A stretch of 59,495 nt of DNA, filler included, from Intoshia linei (Eukaryota > Animalia > Orthonectida): assembly GCA_001642005.1 (NCBI GenBank). It is 5 parts of 5 records of this genome, joined end to end, with 100 filler letters (N's around TTAATTAATTAA, not from the genome) between each part and the next. Parts side by side here need not be neighbours in the genome. Positions count along the whole stretch, not along the records: positions 45,007 to 57,321 come from LWCA01001087.1; positions 57,422 to 59,495 come from LWCA01002421.1; 3 more parts are not named here. One strand, given 5' to 3'. The translations under genes were made by a program, and so were the position numbers. The notes under the pieces are model-generated. The model made no database searches, was not told the DNA's origin, and saw only the letters and a list, made by a program, of their open reading frames with translations. This document shows, one piece after another, positions 55,141 to 59,495 of this stretch. The first letter of the stretch is position 1. Each line of letters starts with the position of its first letter.

Positions 55141-56819
55141 TTATATATCTTTACGAATATCACATTCATTGTAATAATAGGAAGAAACAAAAGCAATACC
55201 CCATTTTAAATTTGACAGCATAAATTTTAAAGCCCGAGTCCATTGTTCTTGAGTGTTATTTACAGTTCTAAATGAAATTGTATAAATTAGTGATAATATT
55301 TTCAGTGAGTGTAAATATATTCGAATCTATCGTGCTGAAACCCTTTTTGGGAGTTTCTATAAAATAGCCAACAAAATGGAAACTTGGATGTGAAAATAAT
55401 TTTTACACAGAATTATTGCAATTGCAATCTTCATACAAATTTGAAATAAATAAGAAAAAAAAATATAAATTCTGTACTATGCATATAATAATTAAGATGA
55501 ATGATGATCGAATCCGTAAGACAAAGTTTATAAATTAATCGTGCTTATTCAAATTATTTTTAGGTTAAATTTTCCCATTAAATGTATCTTTGTGGTAGAA
55601 TAAAAATGTTGGCCCTCGGCAGATCTGGGATGTTGTTTGTACTAAGTCTGGGAAGTCATAACAGTCAAACCAGTATTAGATATAATTAATATGGATTATA
55701 TCAACAAAATAGAATACCTGATAGAATATGCCGATTTATTGTGTTGATCCAACAATCTATCGCTTTCAATAATATAAGGAAAAATAATACTATTATCCAT
55801 TCGCATCAATTTTTTACTAAGCAAATTTTTGCAAGCTAAAAATGCTACTAATCCTTTATCAAATCTAATTATATAAAATCAGTTCCATCAATGATAATTA
55901 AAACTCTTTGTTTGGCGTATATTTGAGAGTATGTGGCATATACAAAATTAGCTTTTTTGTACATTTGACTGACAATTCTTCAATATAAGATTCGTTTCCA
56001 AAACTTACCATTCGATATCTACATAGTATGTCATTTTTGAAATTTAAAAATACTTTTCAAAATCGATTCCAATTTTGCGAGCCATGGAATTTAGCAAAAG
56101 AACACATTGACCAAAACCAAAATTTATTTCATCACAAGTAATATTCTATTAAAATGAATTATTTATAGTTAAATGTATCCATTTTTAAAAATACCATTTC
56201 AGGAAGCCAACCCATTCTAAAACCATTTATTGTACCGATGCTATCTTTAAACCTATAATTCAAAAAATAAAAGGCTCAACATAAATATGAATTATGATTG
56301 ACTGCATTGAGTAATCCTTACTTATATAATATGCTACGAAATATTTGTTTATGTGTGTGTTCCCTTTATTTCAATAACTACCAGTCTTAAATTAATATTA
56401 CTTTAATTATTATTATTAATTATTAAATCGAAAATTAAAAAGTATTTTTTACAATTAGGTAAGGGAGGCATATAATGAAGATTGTTGAAATAATTATTTT
56501 AATTAATGTAAATTTCATCCACATCTCCGAAAACACTATTAGAAAGTGTGTTTTTTTAAAACTGTATCTTCTTACTTTCTTAAATAAATGTTTACAAACT
56601 AACAAACTGACGAACCTTTTTTACGAAAATTACTGTATCAAAGTAAGGATTAATTCATACTCCAAATATTACCAAATCTGAAAAGTAGATTTGAAGACGT
56701 TCGTTTTAACCAATCTTGAAAATTGGTCTTTTACATAATTTATTTGGTTTTTAATACTTGAATGAGCTTCACTGATTGCCAGTTTCCTGTGTAAATATTC
56801 GTTTTTTTCAATGTGGTAT
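55141..56819 (-). CDS. BECN1: Beclin-1/Atg6, 3' part (coiled-coil end plus BARA domain), at least 6 exons; 5' exons not found
   Basis: [12 protein letters not shown] | [17 protein letters not shown] | [14 protein letters not shown] | [13 protein letters not shown] | [12 protein letters not shown] | [24 protein letters not shown]; stop at 55141-55143. No exon appears in the ORF track. Confidence 0.95.
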
Positions 56820-56952
56820 CTGATATATAAATTGAATTTATATTATTATTAATATTAACACTCAAACATTTGTGTACTTATTGGATGAATGAATACTCTA
56901 AGAAAATTAAAAAAATTTATGACATACATTTTATAAATATTCAGTCTCTTAA

Positions 56953-57321
56953 CCCTAGAACTACCGAGTAAAAAACATAACGACAACTACAAGGTGGTGA
57001 TTTTAACCAACGTTTTTCGTTCTGACTAATTTCGAGCTATAAATATTTTACGATACAATAAAAATGTGACAGCGGCACAACAAAATAATTTATTTCCGAC
57101 AAATATTTTTACTAACAATAACACGGTGCGCATTTTAAAAACAGCTAAACTTGTCTTATACCATAAAATCGATAATTTCATTATTGCGATGTTTTCATTG
57201 TTTAATAATTTTCTGAGATTTAATTTTACAATTATACTTAAGGTGTGTTAAAAATAAATTAATAAAATTAAAATAATATTTTCAAAAGTTAAATTTTATT
57301 TTTAAAAGTTAAATTATATTT
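56953..57321. mobile_element. Probable piggyBac-type element end in a BECN1 intron
   Basis: TTAA-ccctagaactacc terminus; runs into the gap. Confidence 0.5.
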
Positions 57322-57421
57322 NNNNNNNNNNNNNNNNNNNNNNNNNNNNNNNNNNNNNNNNNNNNTTAATTAATTAANNNNNNNNNNNNNNNNNNNNNNN
57401 NNNNNNNNNNNNNNNNNNNNN
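57322..57421. other. Artificial 100-nt assembly spacer
   Basis: N-TTAATTAATTAA-N. Confidence 0.95.
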
Positions 57422-57708
57422 GTCCATACTGGAAATTAAATATTTTTTAAATCAGAAAATCTTTCTTTGAAATCAAAATTTAATAATTTCAAATGATCAA
57501 CTATTATAAGTACATCAGCATCAGTTATTTCACACCTCTTTAACCAATAAACCAGTTTTCTATGGTAAGCCGAGTGAATTTGTTTGCAAAAAATATCAGA
57601 ATTTATCAAAGTTTAGATTATCTTGATTTCTTGAAAAATTTTCACAAGCCCCACTCTAATTTTCTATGCCCCACTGGTGGGATGCACGCCTCACGTTGGG
57701 AATCACTG
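57422..57708 (-). mobile_element. hAT Buster/Charlie remnant
   Basis: VDHLKLLNFDFKERFSDL; terminus gttgggaatcactg followed by ctctagac. Confidence 0.7.
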
Positions 57709-57910
57709 CTCTAGACTAAAGCTATTCATAGTACGTACGATTTAGGTTACGTAAGAAAATGGAGGTGGATTAATAAAGTTTGCATACTTGTGAAATGGCA
57801 CCTTTGCGTTTATTTTGTCTCTATTTTATTTTTGTCTGTAAGCTAGCTCTGCTAGACTACTTTCCATTCACGCGCAAAATTATTTATGTTTATATATTAT
57901 ATCTTTATAC

Positions 57911-58995
57911 CAGTGTTTCCCAACCTTTTTATTACATTACCCAAAATCATTTCTAATTTTATTTAAAAAAAAAGAAATAGAGTTTTTGACCGTGAAGGAC
58001 TCAATGGGAAAAATTATATTTTAACGTTACAGTGCATTAGTGATTGTTCCCGGACAGTTAGTGACATTTCCCGGGCAATGAAAAACGTCGAGAACCGGGA
58101 AATTTAATTTTTAATTTCCCGGGAATAATATAAAATTTTGATTCATATATAATATAGAAGCATTAAAAATTTTAGAGACCTGATTTAATTTTAAAAATAA
58201 AAAGAAATTTAATTAATGAAATAACACGAATCTAGATTAAAATTTACAAATTTAATTAGAAAAAAATTTAATTTATTTTAGATTGGTGAAAAAGTGTTTC
58301 AAAACACACATAATATTAATAGATTCGTCTTTTAAACGCATTATACGTTTTGTAACGAAATTAGAAGCAGTAGAGAAATTTCATTTTGTGTTGACGTAAG
58401 TTGAACGGTCATAAGGGCTTCATTTAATTTTAAAAATTTTGATTAGCATTCCAGTTCGTAACAACTCATAATATTTTTCAAAATAATATTAAAAAAAGAG
58501 GATAATTCCCTTAAGCGTTCGTAATTTGTTGTTGGAAATAAGAGATTTTTCAAAAAAGTATTGGAAAAAAGATATTTTTCAATTAAGGGCTGGAAAATTA
58601 AATTTTTTGGTTTGATGAAATGGATTTTTGAAAAGAATATCGGTGTAAGTCAATTTTTCCATGAGGACTTGAAATAATAGTTTTGATTAAATTTTATTAG
58701 TGGTGGGATTTTTGAAATGGTAAATTTTAAATTTTATAATATAATCATATTTTCATAGTAATAACAAACATAAATCAAATACAGGTATGTTTCAATTTTT
58801 TTCGGAAAATCTAATTTAATCCAATAATCCCGGTAAATTTAATTTCCGGAAATTACTAAAAATATCCCGGAAATTTTGTCCCGGCATAATCACTACTGTG
58901 CATGCGACGCAAAATAATAAAAAAATATCGCGATTACACATGAAAATATCAAATTATCCACTCGTGGGTAAATACCCACAGGTTGGGAATCACTG
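57911..58995. mobile_element. hAT Charlie-like MITE (host of a nested insertion)
   Basis: TIR cagtgtttcccaacc / ggttgggaatcactg; TSD ctttatac/ctctatac. Confidence 0.85.
58038..58895 (-). mobile_element. Nested hAT deletion derivative
   Basis: TIR tagtgattgttcccggaca / tgtcccggcataatcacta; TSD cagtgcat/ctgtgcat; cccgg(g)aa subterminal repeats; minus strand ALMTVQLTSTQNE..FSTASNFVTKR..RLKDESIN.MCVLK (dimerisation domain). Confidence 0.85.
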
Positions 58996-59495
58996 CTCTA
59001 TACTATTTACATTTTAAATTTAACTTGAAAATAAATGAATCAAATCATATATGATTCATATATTGTTGCTTAACGAGTTTAAGTGCATCCTATTTAAATG
59101 GCTCAATTTATGACATTCAAATTTCTGATAAAACATGCACAAGAACCGATTTTTTCTAAAATTCTATGACTTGTAATAATTTTTTAATTTGGTAACAAAC
59201 CCATAGACACATAAACATTCAATTTTAAAGAGAATACAAGTATACAGTCTGTACGAATAATAAAATGGAAAATTATTAGGTCGTTTCATAAGTAATGTCG
59301 TTTTTATTGTAACTTTATTATAAATCATTATATCTTTACGAATATTTACTGTAAGTGCGTTATTTTTTTATTTTTACGAAATATGGACAAAATATGTATT
59401 CGATGAAAAAGTCATTTCCGATGACAAATATATTTTTAATCAGTATTTAGAGAAACAAGTTGGATGATTATGATGGTCATATCAGACATATTTTA

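Noticed and set aside
56009-56018. 10-nt microexon in BECN1 (ag...GTAAGT)
   Set aside because: Reading through gives [13 protein letters not shown], matching the conserved Beclin sequence, so the donor-like motif is coding
3384-57251. Short 60-100 aa ORFs rich in I/K/N/F/Y and antisense ORFs over exons
   Set aside because: Expected by chance in AT-rich DNA or shadows of real exons and MITEs; many use TTG/GTG starts
26113-57421. Repeated TTAATTAATTAA as piggyBac targets or a biological repeat
   Set aside because: Always centred in a fixed 100-nt N block; it is an assembly spacer with six-frame stops
1-59495. CRISPR arrays, prokaryotic operons, rRNA or tRNA genes
   Set aside because: No regularly spaced repeats or structured RNA signatures seen; the sequence is intron-rich animal DNA

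Overview
Very AT-rich eukaryotic (animal) genomic DNA with many 30-40 nt GT-AG introns, so the ORF track only captures exon fragments. The gene set, intron sizes and composition fit a genome-reduced invertebrate parasite such as the orthonectid Intoshia (my inference, not verified). Manual splicing gives: SLC26A11-like anion transporter, a very divergent Kir channel, a shortened POLD3 with a C-terminal PIP box, a multiply disabled nAChR alpha pseudogene, SH2B adaptor, peroxiredoxin 6, an atypical ARF-like GTPase, nuclear receptor HR3/ROR, an orphan exportin-7-like last exon, and the 3' part of Beclin-1 (invisible in the ORF track). Large introns and 35.5-59.5 kb are filled with decayed transposons: several hAT MITE families with 8-bp TSDs (one nested pair), hATm, Buster, Tc1, pogo/Tigger, piggyBac, MULE and Ty3/Gypsy. 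Four 100-nt N/TTAATTAATTAA spacers are artificial joins. I found no clear new multi-gene system. The best leads are the G>A/C>T-skewed decay of the nAChR copy and the motif losses in Kir, ARL, POLD3 and Beclin-1. All homology calls come from remembered family motifs, not database searches.
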